A DNA stretch of 59,932 nucleotides from Rhizobium sp. Q54 (GCA_945871805.1 CAMBXE010000003.1:1-59932); one strand, 5' to 3'; counted from the stretch's first letter, positions 17,630-28,007 are shown. Numbers and translations are program-made. Notes: generated by a model not told the origin, from the letters alone.

Positions 17630-18610
17630 ATGAAAAAAATATTCCTGCTCCTTCTTGCCTGTGTTTGCTTTTTAACAGAAGAGTCTTTCGCGGCGACACG
17701 TTATGTCTCAGTCGGAACTGGTGCGATTACTGGTGTTTATTACCCAGCTGGTGGGGCGATTTGTCGCTTGGTAAATCGCGGTCGTAAGGAACATGGAATT
17801 CGTTGCTCAGTTGAATCAACAGGTGGATCGGTATCTAATCTTAATGCTATCCGCAACGGCGCGATTGATTTTGGCATCGTGCAATCAGACTGGCAATATC
17901 ACGCTTACAACGGCACTGGATTTTTCTCTGATCAAAAGCCATTCAAAGAATTGCGATCAGTGATGTCTCTTTATACCGAGACTTTCTCAATTGCGGTTTT
18001 AGAAAATTCTAAAATTACTAAGTTGGACGACATCCTGGGCAAGAAAGTTAACTTCGGTCCAGAAGGCTCTGGAGTGCGCGCAACAGCAAATGTATTAATG
18101 GAAACGAAGGGCTGGACAAAGCAAGATTTTGCTGCGGTCACCTATCTTCAACCATCTGAGCAACCTAGAGCATTGTGTGACGGCAAGATTGACGTAATGA
18201 TTTATGTTGCAGGTAATCCGAATGGAGTTCTGCAAGAAGCTACCCAAACTTGTAAGGTGAAAATTATTCCGATTGATCAGGTGACACTAGATAAATTGAT
18301 CGAGAAAAATCCATTTTACGTTAAGACTACAATCCCAGGTGGAATGTATGCTGGTAACGCTAACGACATCGCGAGTTTTGGCGTTAAAGCTGCAATCGTT
18401 ACATCAGAAAAGCAAAGTGCCGATGTAGTTTATAATATTGTCAAAGCGGTAATGGAAAATTTTGATAACTTCAAAACTCTTCACCCGGTTTTCTCTAATC
18501 TTAAAAAAGAAGACTTGATCAAAGAAGGTAACTCAGCCCCATCTCACCCAGGCGCTGAGCGTTATTTTAGAGAAGCTAAAATCTCAGCAAAAGCAGAAGT
18601 TAAGAAATAA
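17630..18610 (+). CDS. TAXI-family TRAP solute-binding protein (no adjacent permease)
   Basis: GTGAITGVYYPAGGAIC, STGGSVSN, QSDWQY, HPGAERYFRE. Confidence 0.92.
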   Translation: MKKIFLLLLACVCFLTEESFAATRYVSVGTGAITGVYYPAGGAICRLVNRGRKEHGIRCSVESTGGSVSNLNAIRNGAIDFGIVQSDWQYHAYNGTGFFSDQKPFKELRSVMSLYTETFSIAVLENSKITKLDDILGKKVNFGPEGSGVRATANVLMETKGWTKQDFAAVTYLQPSEQPRALCDGKIDVMIYVAGNPNGVLQEATQTCKVKIIPIDQVTLDKLIEKNPFYVKTTIPGGMYAGNANDIASFGVKAAIVTSEKQSADVVYNIVKAVMENFDNFKTLHPVFSNLKKEDLIKEGNSAPSHPGAERYFREAKISAKAEVKK

Positions 18611-18636
18611 TAACTTTGCAGACGGTTAAAATTTTT

Positions 18637-18675
18637 ATTGATCGAGCGAGGTTAATTCAGCCTCACTCGATCAAT
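18637..18675. terminator. Hairpin between the convergent TAXI and cysQ genes; probable bidirectional terminator
   Basis: ATTGATCGAGCGAGGTT-AATTC-AGCCTCACTCGATCAAT inverted repeat. Confidence 0.6.
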
Positions 18676-18684
18676 GGACGATTT

Positions 18685-19563
18685 TTAGTTTTGTGATATT
18701 TGTACGGGAATGGCTCGATTGATAAAAGAAACAAAAGATGAGTTCTTAAAAGTAGCTTTTTTGTAAGTTAGATTTTCTCCGATTTCAGATTCTGTTAGTT
18801 TTTTTACCTCGCCGCCAAGTATTTCCACCAGGGCCTGGCCGGCTGCCGTATCCCACTCCATCGATGGACGAAAATGCAAATAAAGATCCGCATCACCTTC
18901 GAGCAAGCGAAAAAATTTAATCGCTGAAGCAAGTTTTTCGGTAGTAAAATTTTGCGAAAATTCCGGACAAATTTGCGCCATGCAATTCGCGACATCGAAA
19001 TCTTTTGAGCGGGAGCTGGTGATGATTCTTAAAGTATTACTCCCATCTTCCTGAATATTTATTCTGTCATCCTGAGCGCAGTTAAGAACTTCCTGAGGCA
19101 AAATTTCTTGAGATCCTTCATTGCGTTCGGGATAACAGATTTTTTTTACTACCTGATTTTCTTCGTCACTAAAAATCATCTTTCCTCCCTCAAAAAGCGG
19201 CGCGTAAATCAGGCCAAAAATTGGTTTTTTATTTTTTACTAAAGCGATGTTTACGCAAAACTCGACATCGCCTTTAATAAAGCTAGACGTGCCATCAATC
19301 GGATCGATCAGAAAAAAAATCTCTCCAGAAATTTCGCGTAATTCACCTTCTTCGCAAATGATTGGAATTGCAGGAAATTCATTTTTTAGATGCTCGCGCA
19401 GAAATTTACTCACTGCAATATCGGCAGAAGTTACGCTTGAGCCATCTGCTTTTTTTGTGATTAAGAAATCTTTCGCTGTGAAGGCGCTCGCCGCTATTTC
19501 TCCGGCCTCAATGGCAAGATTAACGATCTTATCAATTTGAAATTTGGTAAAAAAACTAGGCAC
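18685..19563 (-). CDS. cysQ: 3'(2'),5'-bisphosphate nucleotidase CysQ, carrying an in-frame palindromic insertion
   Basis: KADGSSVTSAD, ICEE, IDPIDGTS, EWDTAAGQA; probable GTG start at 19563 overlapping the ClC stop. Confidence 0.88.
   Translation of the reverse strand: MPSFFTKFQIDKIVNLAIEAGEIAASAFTAKDFLITKKADGSSVTSADIAVSKFLREHLKNEFPAIPIICEEGELREISGEIFFLIDPIDGTSSFIKGDVEFCVNIALVKNKKPIFGLIYAPLFEGGKMIFSDEENQVVKKICYPERNEGSQEILPQEVLNCAQDDRINIQEDGSNTLRIITSSRSKDFDVANCMAQICPEFSQNFTTEKLASAIKFFRLLEGDADLYLHFRPSMEWDTAAGQALVEILGGEVKKLTESEIGENLTYKKATFKNSSFVSFINRAIPVQISQN
19066..19136. repeat. Family-E palindromic element inside cysQ
   Basis: GTCATCCTGAGCGCAGTTAAGAAC ... GATCCTTCATTGCGTTCGGGATAAC degenerate inverted arms; encodes CYPERNEGSQEILPQEVLNCAQDD. 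Confidence 0.8.
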
Positions 19564-20776
19564 GAAGATGTAAAAAATTTGCACAAAATAAAGCGACGAA
19601 GGCTGAAAAAAGTAAAAATGGCAGGATGAAAAATGATTGTGAAGCCGCTTCCAAAACAATGAGAGAGGCGGTGATTGGTAGGCAGATCGTTGATCCTAAA
19701 AATGCCGCCATTCCGCCCAAGATAAAAATTTTTGGATCAAGGTTGGTAAAAATTTCACTGACAACTGAGCCAATTCCGCTGCCGATGGCGATTGACGGAA
19801 CCACGATTCCGCCGGCAGATCCCGAGGCGAAAGTTAATATTGTATTAAAGAAGCGGGCGGCAACTTCGCCGAAAGATAAAAAAGTTTCTGTGCTGGCCAA
19901 AGCGTCGTTCACTGTTTTTACCCCATCCCCAACTGCGTGAATACCGTAGCAAGCGCTGATGATTGAAACCGCAAGGCCAGTGCCAAGAGGCACTAAATGC
20001 CATTTTTTTGATTTTATTGCGACGAATTTTTGATAAAAATAGAGGGCGATTATTTTGAAGAGTGAGGCGAGTAATCCACAAATTAAAGCAACAAGAGTAA
20101 GGGCTAAAATTTCTTTGACTTCGTAGTGAAAATTAATCTGCTCAGTAACGAATAGTGGCGTGGCTTCTTCGGTAATTAGAGCGAAGATAAAAATTGCCGG
20201 CACCGCTAATAAAATCTTTTTTAATTGAGGGAGTTTTTTGAGTTTTGACATTTTTTCGCCGACGTAAGTCAGTCCGGCAATGGGCGCTCCGAATGCTACG
20301 GCCAGGCCAATTCCGGCGCCGGCATAAATCCAATTTTCTAAACTTATTTTGGGTAAATTTTTTTTAAGTCTGTTGGCGGTGACGAAGAAAATACCTGCAG
20401 ACATCTGAGTTGACGGGCCTTCTCGGCCCAAAGATCCGCCGCCAAGAGTTGCGATCAATGAACTGATCGTGCAAATCGCCACGGTCTTTAAGCCTAAAAA
20501 AGAAAAGGCTTTTTGGTTTTCAGCATTTTTTAAACCCAGGTTGAGATTTTCCATATTACTGCCGGAAGCTCCTGGGCTGAAGCGTCGACACAGATAGGCA
20601 GAAACCCAAAAAAGAATTGGCGTGGTGCAAAAAGCAAAGATCGGGCTGAGCAAAATTCTGTCTTTCGCCAAATTGCCGAAGTCGAAAAAAGTCTGGCAGT
20701 AGAAAAGTAAGAAGAGTATCGCAAGAGCCGCAGTGCAGGCGAGTGCAACTGTGGTCTTAATTAGATTTATATTCAC
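19556..20776 (-). CDS. ClC-family chloride channel/transporter
   Basis: GASGS, GGSLGREGP, GSAGGIVVPS motifs; GTG start. Confidence 0.85.
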   Translation of the reverse strand: MNINLIKTTVALACTAALAILFLLFYCQTFFDFGNLAKDRILLSPIFAFCTTPILFWVSAYLCRRFSPGASGSNMENLNLGLKNAENQKAFSFLGLKTVAICTISSLIATLGGGSLGREGPSTQMSAGIFFVTANRLKKNLPKISLENWIYAGAGIGLAVAFGAPIAGLTYVGEKMSKLKKLPQLKKILLAVPAIFIFALITEEATPLFVTEQINFHYEVKEILALTLVALICGLLASLFKIIALYFYQKFVAIKSKKWHLVPLGTGLAVSIISACYGIHAVGDGVKTVNDALASTETFLSFGEVAARFFNTILTFASGSAGGIVVPSIAIGSGIGSVVSEIFTNLDPKIFILGGMAAFLGSTICLPITASLIVLEAASQSFFILPFLLFSAFVALFCANFLHLRA

Positions 20777-21302
20777 GGGCGAGTTCTGCGTAATTATCGG
20801 CGGAGATTTTTATGTAATTTTTTTCAGCATCCGTCATGTCGCGAAAATATTTTGCCGGATTCCCCGCCCAGATTTGTCCGCTTTTAACAACCTTGCCCGG
20901 AGTAAGTACGGCGCCAGCTGCGAGCATTCCAAATGTTTCAACGCGCGCTAAATCCATGATGATTGAGCCCATGCCAACAAAGGCGTAATCTTCGATAATA
21001 CAAGCGTGAATGATGGCATTGTGCCCGATGGTAACATGATCTCCAATCACAACTGGAGCACCTTCGGCCCCAGTTTTATTTTGGGCGTGATGTGGGCGCG
21101 TGCCGTGCAAAACCGTGTTGTCTTGAATGTTGGTATTTTCGCCTACGGTGATTTTGGTAACGTCGCCGCGCAACACGCATCCGTACCAAATTCCCGAATT
21201 TTTGCCGATTTTTACGTCGCCAGAAACGATCGCCGTGTGAGCCACGAAAGCAGATGAATCAATGCTCGGCGAGATGCCGCGATATGTAAGAATATTTTTC
21301 AT
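20757..21302 (-). CDS. Gamma-class carbonic anhydrase family protein (YrdA-like)
   Basis: VLRGDV, NIQDNTVLH, VTIGHNAIIHAC hexapeptide repeats with His ligands. Confidence 0.93.
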   Translation of the reverse strand: MKNILTYRGISPSIDSSAFVAHTAIVSGDVKIGKNSGIWYGCVLRGDVTKITVGENTNIQDNTVLHGTRPHHAQNKTGAEGAPVVIGDHVTIGHNAIIHACIIEDYAFVGMGSIIMDLARVETFGMLAAGAVLTPGKVVKSGQIWAGNPAKYFRDMTDAEKNYIKISADNYAELAREYKSN

Positions 21303-21320
21303 TTTGCTTATTTTATTAGA

Positions 21321-21379
21321 GTCGCCCTGATTCTGTCTAAGGGTGGTAGGCCGTCATGCTTCGACAATCTCAGCATGAC
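21321..21379. repeat. Family-D palindromic element
   Basis: GTCGCCCTGATTCTGTCTAAGGG ... GCTTCGACAATCTCAGCATGAC; last base overlaps the rsmI stop. Confidence 0.8.
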
Positions 21380-22251
21380 TACTTGGTTAGTTTTAAGGCT
21401 AATTGGTAAATTTCTTTTTTATGTGTTCCGTAAATTTCTGCCAAATTTTGTGAGAGATTTTTAAGGCTTTCACCACGCAGCAATGCTGCCTTTATTTCAT
21501 TTTGTAAATCTTCTTCAGAGAAATTTTTCTCATCTTTTTTTGCTTTCTCGACAAGGATCACAAATTCACCGCGCAGCTTTCCAGAATTTTCGCTGAAGAA
21601 TTCTTGCAGGTTTTTTAGTTCTTTAGTGACGATTTCTTCGTGAATTTTAGTGATCTCGCGCGCCGCACAAACTCTGCGTTCGCCGAGGGTTTCAGAAATT
21701 ATTTCCAATGTTTCGACAACGCGATTTGCCGATTCGAAAAAAGCAAAAGTAAAATTTTTCGGCAGAGAGTTTAGTAATTTTTTGCAGGCAGGTTTTGTTG
21801 TTGGCAAAAATCCAAGAAACAAAAAATTGTCGCAAGCAAGGCCAGAGGCGCAAAGCGCCGAAGTCAATGAAGACGGACCGGGAATCGGAATTATTTTTTG
21901 ATTTCTCGCGCGTAAAAAATTTATTAATTTATAGCCAGGATCAGAAATTAATGGCGTTCCCGCATCGGAAATTAAAGCGAGAGATTTTCCTTCGAGCAGC
22001 AAGTGCGAAATTTTTTCGCGCATTTTTTCTTCGCTGAAATCATTGTAAGTTAATGTCTTCTTGCCCTTGATTTCATAGGCGTGAAGCAGGCGCATGGAAA
22101 GGCGAGTATCTTCGCAAATTATGCAATCAACCGAACTCAAAACTTGCAAAGCACGCAAAGTAATGTCGCTTAAATTACCAATTGGCGTAGCTACGATGTA
22201 GAGAGCGCTCTCAAGTTTTATTGCTTGAGTTTTTTGTGAAAGATCGAGCAT
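21379..22251 (-). CDS. rsmI: 16S rRNA (cytidine1402-2'-O)-methyltransferase
   Basis: LYIVATPIGNLSDIT, CEDTR, SDAGTPLISDPG, REITKIHEE, RGEFV. Confidence 0.97.
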   Translation of the reverse strand: MLDLSQKTQAIKLESALYIVATPIGNLSDITLRALQVLSSVDCIICEDTRLSMRLLHAYEIKGKKTLTYNDFSEEKMREKISHLLLEGKSLALISDAGTPLISDPGYKLINFLRARNQKIIPIPGPSSLTSALCASGLACDNFLFLGFLPTTKPACKKLLNSLPKNFTFAFFESANRVVETLEIISETLGERRVCAAREITKIHEEIVTKELKNLQEFFSENSGKLRGEFVILVEKAKKDEKNFSEEDLQNEIKAALLRGESLKNLSQNLAEIYGTHKKEIYQLALKLTK

Positions 22252-22285
22252 TTTGAACCGTATCCCCTTACTTAGTTTTTATTTT

Positions 22286-23584
22286 ATGAAAAAATTTCTG
22301 CCGCTTTTAGCTCTGTTTCTCTTTGGGTGTCAATCCTTTACCAAGCTAGAGCACAAGATGCTTGAGCCCGTTGCTAAAACTCCGGTAATTTCTGAGTCGA
22401 CAACTCACGATCAGTTTGAATCGCAAAATTTGCAGACGAAAAAAATCGAAGAAAAGAAAACTTTGGTCGCCTTATTTTTACCATTTTCGGGCAAGAATAA
22501 AGATCTCGGTTGGAGCCTTTTCAATGCTGCAACTATTTCGCTTTTCGACAATGATCACAACAACGCTATTGAGCTAGTTTTAATCGATTCGAAAGATACC
22601 CCTAAAGAAGCAGAGTTGGCTTTCAAACAGATAGTCGATCGTAAAATTAAAATTGTGATTGGGCCGGTATTTAGTCAGGCAATTCCGGCAATTGAAAAAG
22701 AGGCAAAGCGCAACGAAATTACGGTGATTTCGCTTTCCAACAATCAAGAATTAATCGGGAAAATTAATTCAGATGGCGGAGTTTTTTTAGCGGGAATTTT
22801 GCCGGAAGCACAGATGGATAGAATTATCGAATATGGAATAGATCAAGGCAAACTCAACTTCGCGACCATCGCGCCTAACAGCCAATATGGCAGGACGATC
22901 TCGAGTCTTTTTAGTAAAATTGTTCGTGATCGCGATGGAAATATGATTACCTCTGAATTTTATGATTCCAACGGAGTCAATATTGACCGCACTGTAGAGC
23001 GCGTGATTAATGCATTTACTCTGTCATCAAATTTAACTAAGGGAAAAAGCAAACTCAAAAAAGACGTAGTGCTTGCCGATAAAGATCGCGTTTATCCGCA
23101 AATTATTTTTGTTCCTGAATCAGGAAAAATGCTGTCGAAAATCGCCGCCGCTTTGAAGAAGTTAAATAAGGATGAACGTGATTTTCAGCTGATCGGCACA
23201 AGTCAGTGGGACGATTCCGCAATCGCTAATGATTCAAATCTTCTCGGCGCTTGGTTTCCTGCTCCAGAGAATGGTCGCTTTCGCAATTTCGAGCGCTCTT
23301 ACTACCAAAGTTTCAACAAATTCCCGCCGCGTATTTCTTCGCTCGTTTACGATTTAACTGCAGCGACAATCGAACTCGCCAACCGCAGCGGCAGATTAAA
23401 AGCGCCAAAAATCGTCGATTTTATCGGCTATGAAAATCCACCAATTAATGGCTTCGACGGAATAGATGGTCCATTCAGATTCTTGCCAAATGGTTTGGTG
23501 CAAAGAAATCTAGCAGTGCTGCAAGTGGGCGGGGGAAGGTTTGACACGATTGACCACGCGGTGGAGAGGTTTTTGAAATATTAA
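22286..23584 (+). CDS. Penicillin-binding-protein activator / LppC-like lipoprotein
   Basis: Lipobox FLFGC, VALFLPFSG, IGPVFS, FDGIDGPFRF..NG..QRNLAV. Confidence 0.75.
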   Translation: MKKFLPLLALFLFGCQSFTKLEHKMLEPVAKTPVISESTTHDQFESQNLQTKKIEEKKTLVALFLPFSGKNKDLGWSLFNAATISLFDNDHNNAIELVLIDSKDTPKEAELAFKQIVDRKIKIVIGPVFSQAIPAIEKEAKRNEITVISLSNNQELIGKINSDGGVFLAGILPEAQMDRIIEYGIDQGKLNFATIAPNSQYGRTISSLFSKIVRDRDGNMITSEFYDSNGVNIDRTVERVINAFTLSSNLTKGKSKLKKDVVLADKDRVYPQIIFVPESGKMLSKIAAALKKLNKDERDFQLIGTSQWDDSAIANDSNLLGAWFPAPENGRFRNFERSYYQSFNKFPPRISSLVYDLTAATIELANRSGRLKAPKIVDFIGYENPPINGFDGIDGPFRFLPNGLVQRNLAVLQVGGGRFDTIDHAVERFLKY

Positions 23585-23643
23585 TTCTGTAGACCGAACT
23601 GCTTCTACAGTCTCAGTTGAAAGATGTTAGCGCCAGCGCCTCG

Positions 23644-24543
23644 CTATTTCTTCGGCAACTTTTCCACATCAACTCTCTCGTAACTTTCAACGTCATTCAT
23701 CCAGCCCTCTTTCACCTTCACGAATAAAAAGAGATGAACTTTTGCGCCGACGATTTTGGCTAGATCTGCGCGCGACTCCTCGCCGATTTGTTTAATCATC
23801 GAACCTTTTTTGCCAACGACGATACTTTTTTGACTTTCTTTCGTTACCAAAATCGTCTGACGAATTTTGATTTGGCCATTATCAAGCACATCGTAAGTAT
23901 CGGTTTTAACGGTGAGAGAGTAGGGCAATTCTTGATTCAACTTCAAAAAAAGTTTTTCGCGGGTGATCTCAGAAGCGACGAAACGCATTGGCGCATCGGT
24001 GATTTGATCTTCGTCGTAAATCCATTCCGGATTCAGGCATTTTTCACTCAAGAAACTTTTGAGTTTTTCAACGCCTTCATTGGTTAATGCTGAGATCGGC
24101 AAAATATCTTCAATCCCAAGATCCGAGAGTTTCGCGAAGCTCTCAAGCAGCAAAGATTTTCTTACCGCATCAGTTTTATTTAACACGACAGTCATCGGTA
24201 AATTTTCTTTACGTAGGTCGGCAATAATACGCAGATTTTCCTGATTCATTCCCAGGCTAGCATCAACAACGAAACAAATGTGATCAGCGTCGCGAAGAGC
24301 TTGCCACGCAGATTTAACGATGATGCGTTCCAAAATTTTATCTTCGCGCGGAATAAAAATTCCCGGCGTGTCGATCAAAATAATTTGCGTCTTTTTTTCG
24401 ATTACAATGGCGCGAATTGAGTTGCGCGTTGTTTGAACCTTTGGCGAAACAATGGTAATTTTTTGCCCAAGTAAGGCATTAGTAAGAGTTGATTTGCCCG
24501 CATTTGGCGCTCCAACGATGGCGATAGTTCCGTGTTTTTTCAT
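23644..24543 (-). CDS. era: GTPase Era
   Basis: GAPNAGKSTL, QTTR, DTPG, NKTD, KH domain VVGKKGSMIKQIG. Confidence 0.97.
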   Translation of the reverse strand: MKKHGTIAIVGAPNAGKSTLTNALLGQKITIVSPKVQTTRNSIRAIVIEKKTQIILIDTPGIFIPREDKILERIIVKSAWQALRDADHICFVVDASLGMNQENLRIIADLRKENLPMTVVLNKTDAVRKSLLLESFAKLSDLGIEDILPISALTNEGVEKLKSFLSEKCLNPEWIYDEDQITDAPMRFVASEITREKLFLKLNQELPYSLTVKTDTYDVLDNGQIKIRQTILVTKESQKSIVVGKKGSMIKQIGEESRADLAKIVGAKVHLFLFVKVKEGWMNDVESYERVDVEKLPKK

Positions 24544-24563
24544 TAGTTAGATAAGGTGTTAAT

Positions 24564-24639
24564 GGACCCCGCAACAAGTGCGGGGTGACAGCTGAGAGTA
24601 AGTGCCCCAGAGCGTCACCCCGCACTTGTTGCGGGGTCC
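24564..24639. repeat. Family-A REP doublet with 24-nt spacer
   Basis: Arms 24564-24589 and 24614-24639; spacer AGCTGAGAGTAAGTGCCCCAGAGC. Confidence 0.95.
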
Positions 24640-24658
24640 GTCAGGTTGTGACGATAAA

Positions 24659-26002
24659 TTATTTTTGTAGCTCCTGCGCAATCATGAAAGCCAATTCAAC
24701 ACTTTGCGAAGCATTGAGGCGAGGGTCGCAGTGGGTGTGGTAGCGATCCTGCAAGTTTAGTTCAGAAATCATTTGATTGCCGCCGAGACACTCGGTTACG
24801 TCTTGTCCGGTCATTTCGAAATGCACGCCGCCGGCGTAAGTTCCGAGGGCTTGATGCACAGCGAAGAAGGATTTTATTTCACTCAAAATATCGTCAAATT
24901 TTCGTGTTTTGTAATTGGTTGAAGACTTGATTGTGTTGCCGTGCATCGGGTCGCAAGACCAAATTACAGAAGCGCCTGCAGCTTTTACTGCTTCGACTAA
25001 AGGCGGCAAAAATTCTTCAATTTTTGTAGCGCCCATTCGAGAGATTAAAGTGATTCGGCCCGGTTCATTTTCTGGATTCAGAATTTCGAGCAATCGCAGT
25101 AAATCATCTTTGCTAATCGAAGGCCCAACTTTGAAGGCGATTGGATTAGAAATTCCGCGCATAAATTCAACGTGAGCTTCGTTTGGATGACGCGTGCGAT
25201 CACCGATCCAAAGCATGTGAGCACTGAGGTCGTAGAACTTTCCATTGTCTTTGTTTTTGCGCGTAAATGCTTCTTCGTAGTTCAGTAAAAGCGCTTCGTG
25301 CGAAGTGAAAAAACTTGCGGTAGTAAGTTGCGGAATTGTTTTTGAATTAAGTCCGCAGGCCTGCATAAAATTCATGTGGTCGTTAATTTTGGCAATCAGC
25401 TCTTCGGTATTTTTTTTGCTAGTCAGGCTGTGCGAAAATTCTTCGTTCCACTTATTAACTTTTTCCAAATTGCCGTAACCGCCAAGCGCCAAACAACGCA
25501 AGTGATTCAAGGAAGCGGCAGAGTAAAAATAAGAATCGATTAAACGTTGCGGATCAGCTTTGCGCGCATCTTTTTCAAACTTAATTCCGTTAACGATGTC
25601 GCCGCGATAGGCTGGTAGAGCGACTCCATCGATCGTCTCCGCGTCAAGCGATCTTGGTTTGGCGTATTGCCCAGCAACGCGACCGACTTTGACGATTGGC
25701 TTCTTAAGGCCGTACATCAAGGCGATTGTCATTTGCATCACGGTGCGAAAAAAACCTTTAAGATTGTCGTGCGAAAATTCTTCGAAACTTTCTGCGCAGT
25801 CTCCGCCTTGCAGCAAGAAGGCTTCACCACGAGCAACTTGTGCGAGCTCTGCTTTTAATTTTTCGATTTCATCCGCAGAAACGAGTGGCGGAAAACTAGA
25901 AAGTTGATTCTCGGCCTTTTTAAGTTGGGCCTGATTTTCGTAAATTGGTTGCTGCTTTATTGGAAGGCTTCTCCAAGAATTTGGAGTCCATTTTTTTGTC
26001 AT
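24659..26002 (-). CDS. Class II DAHP synthase
   Basis: QGGDCAE, KVGRVAGQYAKPRS, LWIGDRTR, CDPMHGNT, HCDPRLN. Confidence 0.96.
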   Translation of the reverse strand: MTKKWTPNSWRSLPIKQQPIYENQAQLKKAENQLSSFPPLVSADEIEKLKAELAQVARGEAFLLQGGDCAESFEEFSHDNLKGFFRTVMQMTIALMYGLKKPIVKVGRVAGQYAKPRSLDAETIDGVALPAYRGDIVNGIKFEKDARKADPQRLIDSYFYSAASLNHLRCLALGGYGNLEKVNKWNEEFSHSLTSKKNTEELIAKINDHMNFMQACGLNSKTIPQLTTASFFTSHEALLLNYEEAFTRKNKDNGKFYDLSAHMLWIGDRTRHPNEAHVEFMRGISNPIAFKVGPSISKDDLLRLLEILNPENEPGRITLISRMGATKIEEFLPPLVEAVKAAGASVIWSCDPMHGNTIKSSTNYKTRKFDDILSEIKSFFAVHQALGTYAGGVHFEMTGQDVTECLGGNQMISELNLQDRYHTHCDPRLNASQSVELAFMIAQELQK

Positions 26003-26076
26003 TGGAAGCTTGTGAACTGTTGATTTTAGCGGACTTGGAAGGGATCATCGAGATTCAATTAATCAATGTCAATTGC

Positions 26077-26916
26077 ATGACCAAAAAAATAATTGCCTTC
26101 CAAGGCACGTTTGGCGCCAACTCGAACCTTGCTTGCCAGAAATTTTATTCCGATTTGGAAGCGAAGGCTTTGCCAAGTTTTTACGATGTTTTTGCTGCGG
26201 TTGAAAATGGTGAAGCTGAGTTTGGGATGATCCCGCTAGAGAATTCCTACGCTGGGCGCGTTTCGGAAATTCATGATTTATTAAAAAAACATCAGGTCTC
26301 GATTGTTGCAGAGCATTTTTTTCCGATCTCGCACAATCTTGCCGTGATCCACGGGACAAGGCTCGAAGAGGTGAGAGAGGTTTTGTCGCATCCACAAGCT
26401 TTACTGCAATGTCAAAATAATTTGCGTGAGCTTGCAGTGAAAATTACTGAATTTTCAAATACAGCTGAAGCGGCGAAATTCGTGGCGGGAAGTGGGGATA
26501 AAACTAAAGCAGCGATTTGCTCAAAAGTAGCAGCGGATTTGTACGGACTTCAAATAATCAAAGAAAATTTACAAGATTCTGGCGGCGACAATGTGACGGT
26601 TTTTGTCGTGATTTCTAAAGAAGCAAAAGAGGTAGATTCAAAAATCGCGCCGGTAATTACCGCGCTTTTATTTACGATCCGCAACATTCCTGGCGCGCTC
26701 TACAAGTCGCTCGGGGGCTTTGCAACAAATGGCGTGAGCCTGCTAAAATTAGAAAGTTACATTCCGGGCGGCCTGTCAAAAGAAGCGCAATTTTTTATTT
26801 CGATTGAAGGCCATCCGAATCAAAAAAACGTTGCATTAGCTTTGGAAGAGCTCGGGTTTTTTTCGCAGAATGTGAAATTACTTGGAGTTTATTACGCGGA
26901 TAAAGCGCGGTTTTAA
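26077..26916 (+). CDS. pheA: Prephenate dehydratase with ACT domain
   Basis: IAFQG..GANS, IPLENSYAG, SHPQALLQC, NVTVF, LLKLESY; start moved to ATG 26077. Confidence 0.9.
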   Translation: MTKKIIAFQGTFGANSNLACQKFYSDLEAKALPSFYDVFAAVENGEAEFGMIPLENSYAGRVSEIHDLLKKHQVSIVAEHFFPISHNLAVIHGTRLEEVREVLSHPQALLQCQNNLRELAVKITEFSNTAEAAKFVAGSGDKTKAAICSKVAADLYGLQIIKENLQDSGGDNVTVFVVISKEAKEVDSKIAPVITALLFTIRNIPGALYKSLGGFATNGVSLLKLESYIPGGLSKEAQFFISIEGHPNQKNVALALEELGFFSQNVKLLGVYYADKARF

Positions 26917-26933
26917 AATTTGTTATTCAAGCC

Positions 26934-26962
26934 AACGCTCGCTCGACCGGCGAGCGTTTTTA
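26934..26962 (+). terminator. Rho-independent terminator after pheA
   Basis: AACGCTCGC-TCGACCG-GCGAGCGTT stem followed by T-run. Confidence 0.6.
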
Positions 26963-26977
26963 AAAAAAATATTAAAA

Positions 26978-27538
26978 ATGAGAATAATCACTGGAAAATT
27001 TCGGGGCAGAAACCTGCTCAAATCTGACCACCTAAAATCGCTTCGTCCGACGACAGACAAGAATCGCGAGGCTTTGTTTAATATTTTATCTTTTGGAAGA
27101 TTCGCCAAAGGATTGGATTTCAAATTAATTGATTCAAAGATTTTAGATCTTTGCTGCGGTGTTGGTGCCATTGGCTTCGAAGCTCTTTCGCGCGGGGCAA
27201 AATTTATTACTTTTATCGACAATAATCGCGAACATTTGGAGTTGGTGAAAAAAAATTCTGAGCTGCTTAAGGTCGAAAATGACTGCGAAGTTATTTGCGC
27301 CGACGCAAGAAATTTGCTGGAAAATAAAAAAGAGTTCGATCTCATCTTCCTGGATCCGCCTTACTCTGAAGAATCTGCGCCAATCATTAAAAACCTCTTC
27401 GAGAAAAATTTTATTCACGAAAAAACTCTGCTCGTTGTTGAAATGAGATCCGGAAAAGAGCCGGAAAATTTTTTACCTTTGCAATTGCTCGAAAGCAGAA
27501 AATACAGCTCAACAAGTTTTAATTTTTTAAGAAAATGA
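26978..27538 (+). CDS. rsmD: 16S rRNA (guanine966-N2)-methyltransferase
   Basis: MRIITGKFRG, RPTTD..REALFNIL, EALSRGA, FLDPPY. Confidence 0.93.
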   Translation: MRIITGKFRGRNLLKSDHLKSLRPTTDKNREALFNILSFGRFAKGLDFKLIDSKILDLCCGVGAIGFEALSRGAKFITFIDNNREHLELVKKNSELLKVENDCEVICADARNLLENKKEFDLIFLDPPYSEESAPIIKNLFEKNFIHEKTLLVVEMRSGKEPENFLPLQLLESRKYSSTSFNFLRK

Positions 27539-27957
27539 AGAAAATTCTAATCATCCAAGCCACTTTCTACCAAAATATTTCTGCACTTTTACTTGCTGGC
27601 GCGACGAAAAAAATTACTGAACTTGGTTACGAGTTTGAAGTGATTACGGTGCCTGGAGCGCTGGAAATTCCTGCGGTAATTGCCTTCGTAAAAGAGAGTA
27701 AAAAATATGTTGGCTACGTTGCGCTTGGTTGCGTAATTCGTGGCGAAACTTCGCATTACGACATTGTTGTGGGCGAGAGCGCGCGCGGTTTAAACGACAT
27801 TGCAATCAAAGCGAAATTGCCAATCGCCAACGGAATTATTACAGTTGAAAATGAGCGGCAAGCCTTGGAACGCGCAGATCCAGATAAAAAAAACAAAGGC
27901 GGATTCGCGGCGAATGCTTGTGTAGAAATGATTAAATTGAAGGAACTTTTTTCGTAA
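27535..27957 (+). CDS. ribH: 6,7-dimethyl-8-ribityllumazine synthase
   Basis: VPGALEIP, LGCVIRGETSHYDIV, NGIITVEN..QA..RA, NKGG. Confidence 0.95.
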   Translation: MKKILIIQATFYQNISALLLAGATKKITELGYEFEVITVPGALEIPAVIAFVKESKKYVGYVALGCVIRGETSHYDIVVGESARGLNDIAIKAKLPIANGIITVENERQALERADPDKKNKGGFAANACVEMIKLKELFS

Positions 27958-28007
27958 AAGTTTAAAAGGCTCGTGTGAGATTAGCCGAAACAAATATTAA
28001 CACAAAA

